Shown: positions 39,251-48,933 of the stretch, one piece after another
How positions within the stretch are numbered: position 1 is the stretch's first letter
How the letters are laid out: every line of letters starts with the position of its first letter
Origin: an uncultured Verrucomicrobiae bacterium
GTDB lineage: Bacteria; Verrucomicrobiota; Verrucomicrobiia; Chthoniobacterales; JAFAMB01
Reading direction: 5' to 3'
Length of the DNA: 64,000 nucleotides
NCBI GenBank assembly: GCA_963837955.1
Contig: CAWIPH010000002.1
Location: 736,001 to 800,000, forward strand
The notes under the pieces: generated by a model
Seen by the model: the letters and a program-made list of their open reading frames with translations, nothing else
Databases searched by the model: none
Told to the model about the DNA's origin: nothing
Translations under genes and position numbers: made by a program

Positions 39251-40285
39251 ATGAGATCGAATACATATCCTTCTTCAACTCAATTGTCCCCGAAGCATCC
39301 CCCCAATCCGAAGACAGCGTCCGGCCGTCAGGCACGCGAAATTGTCGAGAACAGTTTAGGGTTGGTGATCGTCCTGGTTTTGCTCATCGCCCTTTTCAGT
39401 TTTCAAACCGCGCATTTCTTTTCCGCAACAACATTTGAAGCGATCGCTAACGAGATTCCCACCGCCATCTTCATCGCAATCGGCATGACTTTTGTTTTGA
39501 TCATTGGCGGGATTGATCTTTCCGTTGGATCAGTTCTCGCGCTGGGTGCCGGGATCCTGGGTGTTGCCATTGTGCAATGGCATTGGCCGCTCTGGGCTGC
39601 GATTGGGCTCTGTGTGGTATCTGGCGCACTCTGTGGCTTACTGAACGGTCTTTTGACCATCCGCTTTCGCTTGCCTTCATTCATCGTGACGCTTGGCTTG
39701 ATGGAAGCGGCTCGGGGAGCGACCTATCTGGTTACAAATTCCCAGACCATGTATATCGGTTCTGCAGTCGAAGCCATCGACAACGTAACGTTATTCGGAC
39801 TTTCGTCGCCTTTTTTGGTTGCCATCGTTTTTGCGATCATCGCTCAATTCGTTCTGACCGGTAGCGTCTTTGGGCGCTATGCGATTGCGCTCGGAACGAA
39901 TGAAGAAGCGGTGCGTCTTTCCGGAATCGACACCCGGCCGATCAAACTAGCGGTATTTACGTTGAGTGGTGCGTTGGCAGCGTTTGGCGGGGTTTCCTAT
40001 TGCGCGCAATTGTCAGCTGCAGATCCGAATGCAGGCAGCGGTTTTGAGCTGGCCGCCATCGCGGCCGTTGTCATAGGTGGTACGAGTTTGATGGGAGGTC
40101 GCGGCTCAGTCATTAATTCGCTCTTCGGGGTACTTGTGATCGCGGTATTAGAGACGGGCTTAGCTCAAATCGGAGCGCAGGAATCGGCCAAGCGCATGGT
40201 CACGGGAGTCGTAATCATCATCGCGGTGATCGTGGATTTTTATCGGACGCGCCGTGCGGAAGCCAAGTCCCGTGCGGCTGGCTAG
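39251..40285 (+). CDS. rbsC: Sugar ABC permease (CUT2); start uncertain
   Basis: GMTFVLIIGGIDLSVGS, LPSFIVTLG, GTNEEAVRLSGI, ELAAIAAVVIGGTSLMGG. Confidence 0.9.
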   Translation: MRSNTYPSSTQLSPKHPPNPKTASGRQAREIVENSLGLVIVLVLLIALFSFQTAHFFSATTFEAIANEIPTAIFIAIGMTFVLIIGGIDLSVGSVLALGAGILGVAIVQWHWPLWAAIGLCVVSGALCGLLNGLLTIRFRLPSFIVTLGLMEAARGATYLVTNSQTMYIGSAVEAIDNVTLFGLSSPFLVAIVFAIIAQFVLTGSVFGRYAIALGTNEEAVRLSGIDTRPIKLAVFTLSGALAAFGGVSYCAQLSAADPNAGSGFELAAIAAVVIGGTSLMGGRGSVINSLFGVLVIAVLETGLAQIGAQESAKRMVTGVVIIIAVIVDFYRTRRAEAKSRAAG

Positions 40286-40385
40286 ATTGGATTTAGATAA
40301 GTCTTCGGTTTAGGACGAAGTGAATAGGATTTAAGGAAAAAGCTTGAACATTGATTTGACGGGATCAGATTCAAGCTTTATCCAA

Positions 40386-40409
40386 GGAACCGTTTGCGCA
40401 ATCGTTTGC
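40386..40409. promoter_or_regulatory. Tandem LacI-type operator upstream of the regulator (autoregulation)
   Basis: GGAACCGTTTGCGCAATCGTTTGC resembles the 36429/36521 sites; TTGACG at ~40357. Confidence 0.7.
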
Positions 40410-40436
40410 CGAACTTTCCCAGATCTCATCGCTCCA

Positions 40437-41528
40437 GTGCCACCCCGTCAAATCAAGTCTTCCGGAACGCCCACGATGAAAGATGTTGCTGAGCGGGCGA
40501 GCGTGTCAGTGACCACCGTTTCGCATGTGCTGAATAAAACGCGCTTCGTAAATCGCAATTTGGTGCGGCGGGTTGAGAACGCTTTCAGGAGCCTTGGATA
40601 TCAACCAAACGCCTTGGCGCGGGGATTGCGTCGGAGGGAAACGCGCATGCTTGGGATGGTCGTGCCTGATAATTCAAATCTCTACTTCGCAGAGCTCGCC
40701 CGGAGCATTGAGGACGCTTGTTTTGAGTGCGGTTATAGCGTCATACTCTGCAACTCGGACGAAGACGCGGCGAAAGAGAGCGCTTATCTGTCTCTTTTAG
40801 CTGAGAAGCGCGTCGACGGAATTGTTTTCGTGGCCTCAGGTAGCGATCGCTCTGGGGTGCAGGCCTTTCTGCAGCATAAGATCCCGATGGTCGTATTGGA
40901 TAGGGAACTCAAAGGCACGAAATGCGATTCCATCGTCGTAGACAATCGTCATGGCGGACGTCAGGCGACTTTGCATCTAATAAGCGGGAACCACCGGCGG
41001 ATCGGTTGCATCTGTGGCCCAAAAAATCTTACTTCGGCCAACGAGCGTCTTCAGGGTTACAAGGACGCTATCTCTGAGGCCCGCCTACCGGTCGATCCCG
41101 CATTGATCCAAATAGGGAACTTTCATATCCAAGGCGGCTATGCCGCGGTGCAGGCTCTGCTGAACCTTCCAAACCGAATTACAGCCGTTTTCGCTTCGAA
41201 CGATCTGATGGCTGTCGGCGCATTACGGGGAATCGCAGCTCGCGGCTTGCGGGTACCAGAAGACGTCGCGGTCGTCGGTTTTGACGACATCGCGTTAGCG
41301 AAGTACACAGAGCCGCCGTTAACCACCGTCATGCAACCCATTCGTGAGATCGGTAAGTTGGCGACCGAGTTGGTAATGGCGCGAGTAAACGGGGAGCGCA
41401 GAGAACCGCAGAGGCATCGATTGAAGACAAGCCTGGTTATTCGCGAATCGTGTGGGATCAAGCTTCCAGCTCCTCATCCACGGCCAAACGCTAAAAAGCG
41501 GCAGCTTCGTTCCGTAGGGACTGGATGA
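40437..41528 (+). CDS. rbsR: LacI-family repressor (RbsR/PurR-like)
   Basis: TMKDVAERASVSVTTVSHVLN, YQPNALARGL, VVGFDDI, PPLTTV; GTG 40437 chosen as start. Confidence 0.88.
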   Translation: MPPRQIKSSGTPTMKDVAERASVSVTTVSHVLNKTRFVNRNLVRRVENAFRSLGYQPNALARGLRRRETRMLGMVVPDNSNLYFAELARSIEDACFECGYSVILCNSDEDAAKESAYLSLLAEKRVDGIVFVASGSDRSGVQAFLQHKIPMVVLDRELKGTKCDSIVVDNRHGGRQATLHLISGNHRRIGCICGPKNLTSANERLQGYKDAISEARLPVDPALIQIGNFHIQGGYAAVQALLNLPNRITAVFASNDLMAVGALRGIAARGLRVPEDVAVVGFDDIALAKYTEPPLTTVMQPIREIGKLATELVMARVNGERREPQRHRLKTSLVIRESCGIKLPAPHPRPNAKKRQLRSVGTG

Positions 41529-41818
41529 TACGACCGCTCCTGACATTCTGTGACTTGTTTCGGCATCTGGCATCGTTCGGCGCTTCGCGGATAGCAAAAT
41601 GATGACGGCCCGGCGGGCAGGGTGAGAAGGAAGGTGAAAGGTAAACGGTGAGAAGCTTTCACCTGAGCAGGCTTTAGGCGCGTCTTTCCATCAGCTGACC
41701 GAAGCCAAGGCGATTCCGCCGTCGTAGTTTCGGATCGAAGCTCCGCGAGAGGTTCTTCCGCGGAGCTCGGCTCGGAACGGGTCACACTAACAGAAAGGGC
41801 CCGACCCGGTGATCAAGA

Positions 41819-44281
41819 TCAATTCTCATACGTAGCCAGGTGCGGAGAACGTTTGACCTGGCTGGGAAAGAGGACCGCTTTGTCGCCAGGATACGGCGTG
41901 TTGAATTCTTTGCTGGCGTACCAGATGGCGCGGTTCAGGAGTTCCGGATCTTGGGAATCGGCTTTTGGCGGCCGAGCGAACATTGCCCCAGACTGTCTTT
42001 GCCAGGCCAGTTGAATCTTGCTGGTCGTAGCGGTTATCCCACGCGTGAGATGGTTCAGCGGAATGTTGTTCGGCAGAGCGCTATATGGCGTGTAGTTCGG
42101 AGAATTGGTGAAGACCGAACGCATTGGCGGAGTCACCAGGTCGTGTTGGTTCATCGGAGGCAGCCCGAGAATCTGTTCAATGGTCCGGAGCATGCTGACC
42201 TGATTGTAGTAGGTGCTGTCTACCGTGCTCCGTTTGACGAACGGGCCGATGACATAACCCTCGGTCCGATGGCCATCCACATGATCTACACCGTCCTGAG
42301 CATCGTCTTCCGTGACAAAGATCACGCTATCTTTCCAATAGGGACTGTGACTGATTGCATCCACGACACGGCCGAGCGCCAGATCATTGTCCGCGACCTG
42401 AGCAGCCGGTGTCGGGAACCCGACAGAAAGTCCGCTGGTGTGATCGTCGCAAAGCCACAAGTAGACCAGCGTCGGCAAGTTCGCATTGGCGACGTACTGG
42501 TTGAACTCCATCAGAAAGATGTCGACCCGGTATTGATCGGGGATCTCGGTGTCGAACGGGGGATAATTAATACAGAGATTGTTTTGAATAATCGGAACAT
42601 CAGAGACGCCGGGGAACGTACCGAGGGGGCAGTGTAATTTTCCGGTCTTTTTTCCTTCCAGGATCAGCGAATCGTTGTACCAGGAGGTCCAATCACCGTA
42701 GAGATTGTTGGGCCCGTTGCCTTCGTAAGCGTATTCTCCGTAAACTCGGAGCGTGCCGCCGTGGTCGACCAGGTTCTGCCAGAGAAAGCCTGATGAAGCG
42801 TACGCCAGCGCATCGCCGCCGGCGGAAGGATAGCTCCGGGCATTGGTGTTCAACTCTTTTTCTAAATAATCCGGAGCTAGAGCTTGGTTGAGCCATTGAT
42901 GGCCGTCCGCCGAGTTCAAGGAAGGCGCGTAGAAGTTGTCGAGCAACACGAATTGCTGCTCCAACGCGTGTGAGTTCGGAGTAACATGCTTGCCGAACTG
43001 GGTGAACCTTGGATCGCCGTTTCCGCGTTTTTCATCGCCAACTATCTGATCGTAGGTGCGATTCTCTTTGACGATATAGAACACGTGTTTGATCGGTGAA
43101 GCGCCGCCGAGGTGATTAGGGATCGGGATAGAGCCATCTCCCACGACGGGGCTTTCGCTGGTTTGGCCTTTCAGGAACGAATTATTCTGGATGACAGTGT
43201 GAGTATAGGCTGCCAATTGCTGAGCATTTGGAATGTCGACTTGAGTAACCACACTGTACGTGCTGATTTCAGCTGGACCCGTTTTGTTGGTCGCCGGATC
43301 GGGGCCTTTGGTGAGATCTGGTCCTTTAAGCCCGATGCCGCGTACGTTCGACACCAGGATCTGGCTGTGTACCTTGTCGATGGCAATGAAGCCCGGGTAC
43401 CAACCGGTGGGGATCAATCCATCCAGCACAGGAGCAGTCGTCAAGTTCCCGGCGTCGAACGCGTAGAGCGCGAGCGCGTTGTTGCCGCCGAGGCTCACGA
43501 TGAGCCGGCCGTCTTCCAGGAAATTGATATCGTTTGGCTGGCTCCCGTAAACCACGCCCGGAAAGAGCGGGAATGTGTAAACGAGTGTTCCCGTCTTTGT
43601 ATTGATTGCGCTGATCGTGTCACTGTTGGTGTTCGCGACAAAGAGCACACTGTCATGCAGAACCAGCGCAGTCGGCTCGAAGCCAACTTGCACGGTGTAC
43701 TTGATCGTTCCTGTTTGAAGATCTACGCCGGAAACTGAGCCCGTGCTGGCGGCGCCGGTCGCCGGGTTCACCAGGATGTTCGTACCGTCAGAAGAATTGG
43801 TGGGATCGTTGCCGGTCGGCACCAGCCCTCCTTCGTTTGTCACCCAGACCGTGTTTCCTTCCAATGCTACGCCATAAGGCGCGTTACCGACGAACGGACG
43901 CATCTGTTGAAGCACGGTGCCTTTGGCCAGATCGATGATCACAATCGATCCGGTGGCGAACCCGGTATTGCCATCGCCGTTGATGACGACAGCCGTTTTG
44001 TGATCGGGCCGAATCGCGATAACCCCGGGACGCCCGAGAAACGTGATTTGGCGGCCCGCGGGGAGGATGACCTGTGAATCAGGCAACACGACGGAATCAT
44101 CTTTTTGGAGACCAACCTTGGCGTTGGGCGGGACGGGGGACTGATCTGCGTGAAGCGCGGAAGAATAGAGAGCACCAGTAATCAACCACGCAATCAGAAG
44201 TTGTCTGCGTCTCCTCCCGGACCATCTTAATGGAGAGAATAACATAAATATTGTATGTTTAACTTTTGGCAGGGGGATCAT
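41819..44281 (-). CDS. Secreted YncE-like beta-propeller plus phosphoesterase/alkaline-phosphatase-superfamily protein (start may be 44245)
   Basis: Signal peptide, YVTN-like blades (VWVTNEG, LFVANTNSDTIS), IKHVFYIVKENRTYDQ, LDNFY...SADGHQW, EDDAQDGVDHVDGHR. Confidence 0.88.
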   Translation of the reverse strand: MIPLPKVKHTIFMLFSPLRWSGRRRRQLLIAWLITGALYSSALHADQSPVPPNAKVGLQKDDSVVLPDSQVILPAGRQITFLGRPGVIAIRPDHKTAVVINGDGNTGFATGSIVIIDLAKGTVLQQMRPFVGNAPYGVALEGNTVWVTNEGGLVPTGNDPTNSSDGTNILVNPATGAASTGSVSGVDLQTGTIKYTVQVGFEPTALVLHDSVLFVANTNSDTISAINTKTGTLVYTFPLFPGVVYGSQPNDINFLEDGRLIVSLGGNNALALYAFDAGNLTTAPVLDGLIPTGWYPGFIAIDKVHSQILVSNVRGIGLKGPDLTKGPDPATNKTGPAEISTYSVVTQVDIPNAQQLAAYTHTVIQNNSFLKGQTSESPVVGDGSIPIPNHLGGASPIKHVFYIVKENRTYDQIVGDEKRGNGDPRFTQFGKHVTPNSHALEQQFVLLDNFYAPSLNSADGHQWLNQALAPDYLEKELNTNARSYPSAGGDALAYASSGFLWQNLVDHGGTLRVYGEYAYEGNGPNNLYGDWTSWYNDSLILEGKKTGKLHCPLGTFPGVSDVPIIQNNLCINYPPFDTEIPDQYRVDIFLMEFNQYVANANLPTLVYLWLCDDHTSGLSVGFPTPAAQVADNDLALGRVVDAISHSPYWKDSVIFVTEDDAQDGVDHVDGHRTEGYVIGPFVKRSTVDSTYYNQVSMLRTIEQILGLPPMNQHDLVTPPMRSVFTNSPNYTPYSALPNNIPLNHLTRGITATTSKIQLAWQRQSGAMFARPPKADSQDPELLNRAIWYASKEFNTPYPGDKAVLFPSQVKRSPHLATYEN

Positions 44282-44838
44282 TTGCCAAGCCCAAGGCAGA
44301 CCTCCTTGTACCGCCTGGGCAGGCGCCTAATCTCGTGAGACGAATTGCCGGGAACAAGTTTGCCATTGTGAAAATTCCGACACAGAACCACAGATCGCTC
44401 ACCGTTAGCAAAGTAGTAAGCAACGAACGCGCCGGAATTGGAAAACGGAGATCACAGCGACGCTGTGGCTGATCAAACGTCTGATTAGAAGGTTGCTTGT
44501 CACAGGGCTTGTTGCCCAATGAGAGGAAGAACTCGCGCCAAGACCCCACCCATAACGCTTCGCATAGGATGCGGGCGTGGTGTCAAGGCGCAAAGGTAAG
44601 GGACTATTCTTGTTAACCTGTGTCGGTCTTGGGTCGAAAGGTCTTTGTGAGCTTTGCGGTCCTATGTGAAGAAAATCGGGCGAGGGGTGAACGGCATCTG
44701 CAGGCCGTCGATGCAAAGGAGTAGGAGAATTTTAAAACGCAGCAATGAGGGACGTGTCATTCGATGTCCTTCGAGCTCGAGCCTCTATGCACCATCGCCT
44801 GGGCTGGCCATCCCCCGAAGCCGTCAGGGCCGCTTCGA

Positions 44839-45525
44839 TTACTTGCTCGTGGAATCGACCGGGATCTCGGAGCCGCTGCCGGCCGCGGAGCCTCGCCTGG
44901 GTCGGCGGACGGTTCTCACCTTTCCGCTGCTGCCGCCTCCGCAGAAGAACTGTTCGCCGCCGTCCGACTCGAGCCCCGACACGCCTACTCCGGGCGGCAT
45001 CTCGAGACTCTCCAGGACCTCTCCCGTTCGAGGATCGACTCGCCTCAAATCGCTCTCGTCACCTTCCCAGGTGCCGTGCCAGAGCTCTCCGTCGATCCAG
45101 GTGACCCCGGTGACGAAGCGGCTGGTCTCGATGATGCGAAGAATGGCCCCGGTTTGGGGATCGACTTGATAAATCTTCCTGTCCTCATACTGCCCCACCC
45201 AGAGCGTCCCTTCGGCCCACGCGAGCCCCGAGTGACCGCCGCCGGCGGGCGCCGGGATCGTGGCGAGCACGCGGCCGGTCTTCGGATCGATCTTCTGGAT
45301 GCGACCCTCGGCGATCTGAAACAGGTGCTGGCCGTCGAAGGCCGTTCCTGCATACGCGGGGACATCAATCGAGCGCATTGTCTTCCCGCTTGCCGGATCC
45401 AAAGCGTGCAGCTTGTCTTCGGCCGCAAACCAGACTAGATGACGGTCATACGTGACCCCATTCACGCGGTCGACACCCGGAAAGGGTCCATACTCACGGA
45501 CGATTTCAGCCGCTGATCGATTCAT
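44839..45525 (-). CDS. Glutaminyl-cyclase-like beta-propeller protein
   Basis: Repeated blades (GVTYD..LVWFA, GTAFDGQHLFQ, GLAWAEGTLWVG, GVTWIDGELWH). Confidence 0.75.
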   Translation of the reverse strand: MNRSAAEIVREYGPFPGVDRVNGVTYDRHLVWFAAEDKLHALDPASGKTMRSIDVPAYAGTAFDGQHLFQIAEGRIQKIDPKTGRVLATIPAPAGGGHSGLAWAEGTLWVGQYEDRKIYQVDPQTGAILRIIETSRFVTGVTWIDGELWHGTWEGDESDLRRVDPRTGEVLESLEMPPGVGVSGLESDGGEQFFCGGGSSGKVRTVRRPRRGSAAGSGSEIPVDSTSK

Positions 45526-45534
45526 GCTTCCATT

Positions 45535-46755
45535 CTAGTCAATCGGTAGTGGAGTGGAGAGTAACAAGGTCGTCGTGAATCCCGGCATAGGCGGGGTCAT
45601 CCAACGAAGAGCTCGCGCGCGACCAAACGACTCCACCTTACCTGCAGCCGCAAGCGAGTCCAATGCCCGTTGCACGGTGCGCTGGCTGGCTCCAAGCGCA
45701 AGCGCCAGAGCCGAGCTCGACCACGACTCACCATCGGCGAGGAATGCGAGCACCGCCGCATGCTGTTCTTCGACGGGCCGCGCCAGTACGACGACCTCGC
45801 GTGCGCGGCGTGGCACCAACGCAAACCCTCGCTTCGTCGCGTTCACGCCGGCAAGGGTTCGAAGCACCTTGCGAAGCCGCCCGACTTCAACTCGCAACCG
45901 CGCGCGATGCGATTCATCGACGCGCTTCGCTTCGAATGCCCGCGCGAGGAGCGTGGCCCTCGGCACGTCTCCGGGCCACGCTTCACCCAGCGCACGTGCG
46001 AGCGCGAACAATACCGGACGCCTTGCGAGCGAGACCACCGTGCGTGCGTCACGTACGACATAACGGCACGCGTCGACGACCAGCGCCTTTGACGCCAGCA
46101 ACGCTTCAACCTCCTCGAGCAAGAGGAGTCTCTCATCGCCACGAACAATCAGGCGCGCTGCGGGCGTGTTCAGGACGACGGATGCACTTTCGACCTCCGC
46201 TGTCAGCGCAGGAATACCTGCGTGGTGCGCGGCGCGCTCGGCCCGAGCGAGCGCAGCCCTCGCCGTTTTCGTCCGAAGGCGTCGCATCGCAATCCCCGCA
46301 ACGACCAGCTCGTGGGCCGCCCTCGACGCGGGCGGAAAAGGCGCGGGATCGAGCTCGGCCAGCGTACGCTCGGCCTGGTCGAGCCGCCCGATCAGGAGGA
46401 GGCGCCGGACCTCGAGATACCGCGCATGCGCGGCGTTCACCCGGTCCCCGTGCTCTTCGAGCGTCGCCCGGGCTGCGTCGAGCGCCTGAGCAGGCCAGCT
46501 CAGGTCGCGCGAGACGAGCGCGATCTCGGCCTCGGCGACGACACACCTCGCGCGGGCCACGGCTTCTTTAGGACCGAAAGCGCGCACCGCTCTTCGCAAG
46601 AGAGCTTTCGCTCGAACCAGATCGCCGAGCCGCGCCATGGCGATGCCTCGCAGCGCGAGCGCAGGCGCATCGTCGCGCAAGGCGACAAGGTTCAGGGCGC
46701 CGAGGGGATCACCCGCCGCGAGCGCATGCGCCGCGGCCGTGATTAGCGAGTCCAT
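45535..46755 (-). CDS. HTH-domain DNA-binding protein (helical N-terminus, C-terminal HTH)
   Basis: MDSLITAAA start; C-terminal WSSSALALALGASQRTVQRALDSL HTH. Confidence 0.8.
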   Translation of the reverse strand: MDSLITAAAHALAAGDPLGALNLVALRDDAPALALRGIAMARLGDLVRAKALLRRAVRAFGPKEAVARARCVVAEAEIALVSRDLSWPAQALDAARATLEEHGDRVNAAHARYLEVRRLLLIGRLDQAERTLAELDPAPFPPASRAAHELVVAGIAMRRLRTKTARAALARAERAAHHAGIPALTAEVESASVVLNTPAARLIVRGDERLLLLEEVEALLASKALVVDACRYVVRDARTVVSLARRPVLFALARALGEAWPGDVPRATLLARAFEAKRVDESHRARLRVEVGRLRKVLRTLAGVNATKRGFALVPRRAREVVVLARPVEEQHAAVLAFLADGESWSSSALALALGASQRTVQRALDSLAAAGKVESFGRARALRWMTPPMPGFTTTLLLSTPLPID

Positions 46756-46851
46756 CTGAATCCCGCCACACTTGTCACTCCCACTGTTCAATGCCCGATA
46801 CTAATCTGTCTCACGACCACCAACCAGCACGTATCGAGCTGCGACTAATAT

Positions 46852-47304
46852 ATGACCACAATAACCACACCCTTCTCAGGCGGATGCGCTTGCGGCGCGA
46901 TTCGCTACGAATCCACAGCAGGACCGCTTATGATGGTTCACTGTCACTGTCGAGATTGCCAGCAATCCAGCGGAGGCACGTTTTCGTCTTTCGTCATCGT
47001 GCCGACGGAAGCTTTCAAGCTCTTGCAAGGCTCACTACGCTTCCATCCCTCGCCCAGTCAGATGGGTGGCAAGACCCATCGGGGCTTTTGTCCTGAATGC
47101 GGATCGCCGATTCAGGCCAAGCCCGACTCGACCCCTCACATTATCGCGATCAGAACTGCGAGCTTGGATGATCCGAGCTGGTTCAATCCGCAAGTAGATG
47201 TGTGGACATCAGACGCGCAACCGTGGGACCAAATGAATCCCGCGTTGCCAAAGTTTGAAAAGTATCCTCCGGTTGGAGATTCAGCAGACCCGGCCGCACC
47301 TTAA
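46852..47304 (+). CDS. GFA (glutathione-dependent formaldehyde-activating) family protein
   Basis: GGCACGAIRY, HCHCRDCQ, RGFCPECGSP. Confidence 0.92.
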   Translation: MTTITTPFSGGCACGAIRYESTAGPLMMVHCHCRDCQQSSGGTFSSFVIVPTEAFKLLQGSLRFHPSPSQMGGKTHRGFCPECGSPIQAKPDSTPHIIAIRTASLDDPSWFNPQVDVWTSDAQPWDQMNPALPKFEKYPPVGDSADPAAP

Positions 47305-47416
47305 CAAGGTAACAATGTCGTTTTCGGCAGAACAGCACACAGCATCTCGAAAACAGTGAAAAAAAGTAACTTTGAGTTGAGTTAACTACAACCTAAACAA
47401 CACATCAGAAAATAGT

Positions 47417-48166
47417 ATGGTCAAAACAGGTCTAGACACCCATAAGAGAGTCTCCCAAGACGAATGGCTTGAGGAGCGAAAGCATTTACTAACTCAAGAA
47501 AAAGAGTTCACTCGGCTTAGGGATCGATTGAGCCAACAGCGAAGGGAACTGCCCTGGGTTAAGGTGGAGAAGAATTATGTCTTTGAAGGACCGCGTGGAA
47601 AGGAGACCCTGGCGGATCTCTTCGAAGGAAGAAGCCAACTAGTGGTGTATCACTTCATGTTCGCGCCGGATTGGGAGGAAGGGTGCCGCAGTTGTTCGTT
47701 TTGGGCCGACGGTTTCAATGCGATTGGTGTGCATGTTAATCATCGTGATGTCACGATGGTGGCGATCTCGCGCGCTCCGATTGAAAAGCTGAAAGCGTTT
47801 AAACGGCGGATGGGTTGGAATTTCAAGTGGCTGTCATCTGGCAACAACGATTTCAACTATGACTATCAGGTGTCGTTTACTCCAGAAGCACTCGAGAGCG
47901 AGGTCGAGTACAACTACGCTAAACGCAAGACCGACATGTCGGATTTGCCGGGAGTGAGCGTTTTCTATCAGGACAGCGAAGGCAACATCTTCCACACCTA
48001 TTCGGCGTATTCTCGGGGTATCGACATACTGAATCCCGCTTACAACTATCTCGATCTAGTGCCCAAGGGCCGTGATGAAGCTGAATTAGAATGGCCGATG
48101 GCCTGGCTGCGATATCACGACCAATACGAGGATAAAAGCGGCAACACCAAGAGAGAAGCGCGATGA
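47417..48166 (+). CDS. DUF899 thioredoxin-like protein
   Basis: RRELPWV, LADLFEGRSQLVVYHFMF, GCRSCS, HTYS...RG, LDLVPKGRDE. Confidence 0.9.
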   Translation: MVKTGLDTHKRVSQDEWLEERKHLLTQEKEFTRLRDRLSQQRRELPWVKVEKNYVFEGPRGKETLADLFEGRSQLVVYHFMFAPDWEEGCRSCSFWADGFNAIGVHVNHRDVTMVAISRAPIEKLKAFKRRMGWNFKWLSSGNNDFNYDYQVSFTPEALESEVEYNYAKRKTDMSDLPGVSVFYQDSEGNIFHTYSAYSRGIDILNPAYNYLDLVPKGRDEAELEWPMAWLRYHDQYEDKSGNTKREAR

Positions 48167-48933
48167 CGACACACATGACCGGGACACGTGAAGAGTGGCT
48201 GGGAGCGAGGCTCGAGCTGCTCGAGGCGGAGAAAGAGCTAACCCGGCGCAGCGACGAGCTGGCGCGGCGGCGGCAGGAGCTGCCGTGGGTCCGAGTCGAT
48301 AAGGAGTATCGATTCGAGACCGAGGAAGGGAGCGTCTCGCTGGCAGACCTCTTCAGAGGGCGCTCGCAGCTCCTCGTCTACCACTACATGTTCGGGCCCA
48401 ACTACACGGCGGGGTGTGCGACCTGCTCGACGATCGCGGACGGGTTCGACGGCTTCGTCGTCCACCTGGCGAACCACGACGTCACGCTTTCGGCGGTGTC
48501 GCGGGCGCCGCTCGCCAAGCTGCAGGCGTACAAGCGGCGGATGGGCTGGAGGTTCCCCTGGGCGTCCTCGCTCGGCAACGACTTCAACTTCGACTTCAAC
48601 GTCTCGTTCACCGAGGAGCAACAGCGCGAGGGGGGCATCGAATACAACTACCGGCGCGGCGGCCACGCGATGGACGCGACATCGGTCCCGGAGCCCGTCG
48701 CCGACAACGCGGCCATGACCGGAACCGACGCGGCCACGTACTCGCGCGAGAGGCCGGGCATGAGCGCGTTTGTGCTCGAGGACGGCGTCGTCTACCACAC
48801 CTATTCCACCTATGCGCGGGGACTGGACGGCCTCTGGGGCATGTACCAGTGGCTCGACCGTGCCCCTAAAGGACGCAATGAGACAGAGACAGGCGTCTGG
48901 TGGCGCCGCCATGACGAGTATGACAAGCGCTGA
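48163..48933 (+). CDS. DUF899 thioredoxin-like protein (second paralogue)
   Basis: RQELPWV, GRSQLLVYHYMF, GCATCS, LDRAPKGRNE, WWRRHDEY. Confidence 0.9.
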   Translation: MTTHMTGTREEWLGARLELLEAEKELTRRSDELARRRQELPWVRVDKEYRFETEEGSVSLADLFRGRSQLLVYHYMFGPNYTAGCATCSTIADGFDGFVVHLANHDVTLSAVSRAPLAKLQAYKRRMGWRFPWASSLGNDFNFDFNVSFTEEQQREGGIEYNYRRGGHAMDATSVPEPVADNAAMTGTDAATYSRERPGMSAFVLEDGVVYHTYSTYARGLDGLWGMYQWLDRAPKGRNETETGVWWRRHDEYDKR

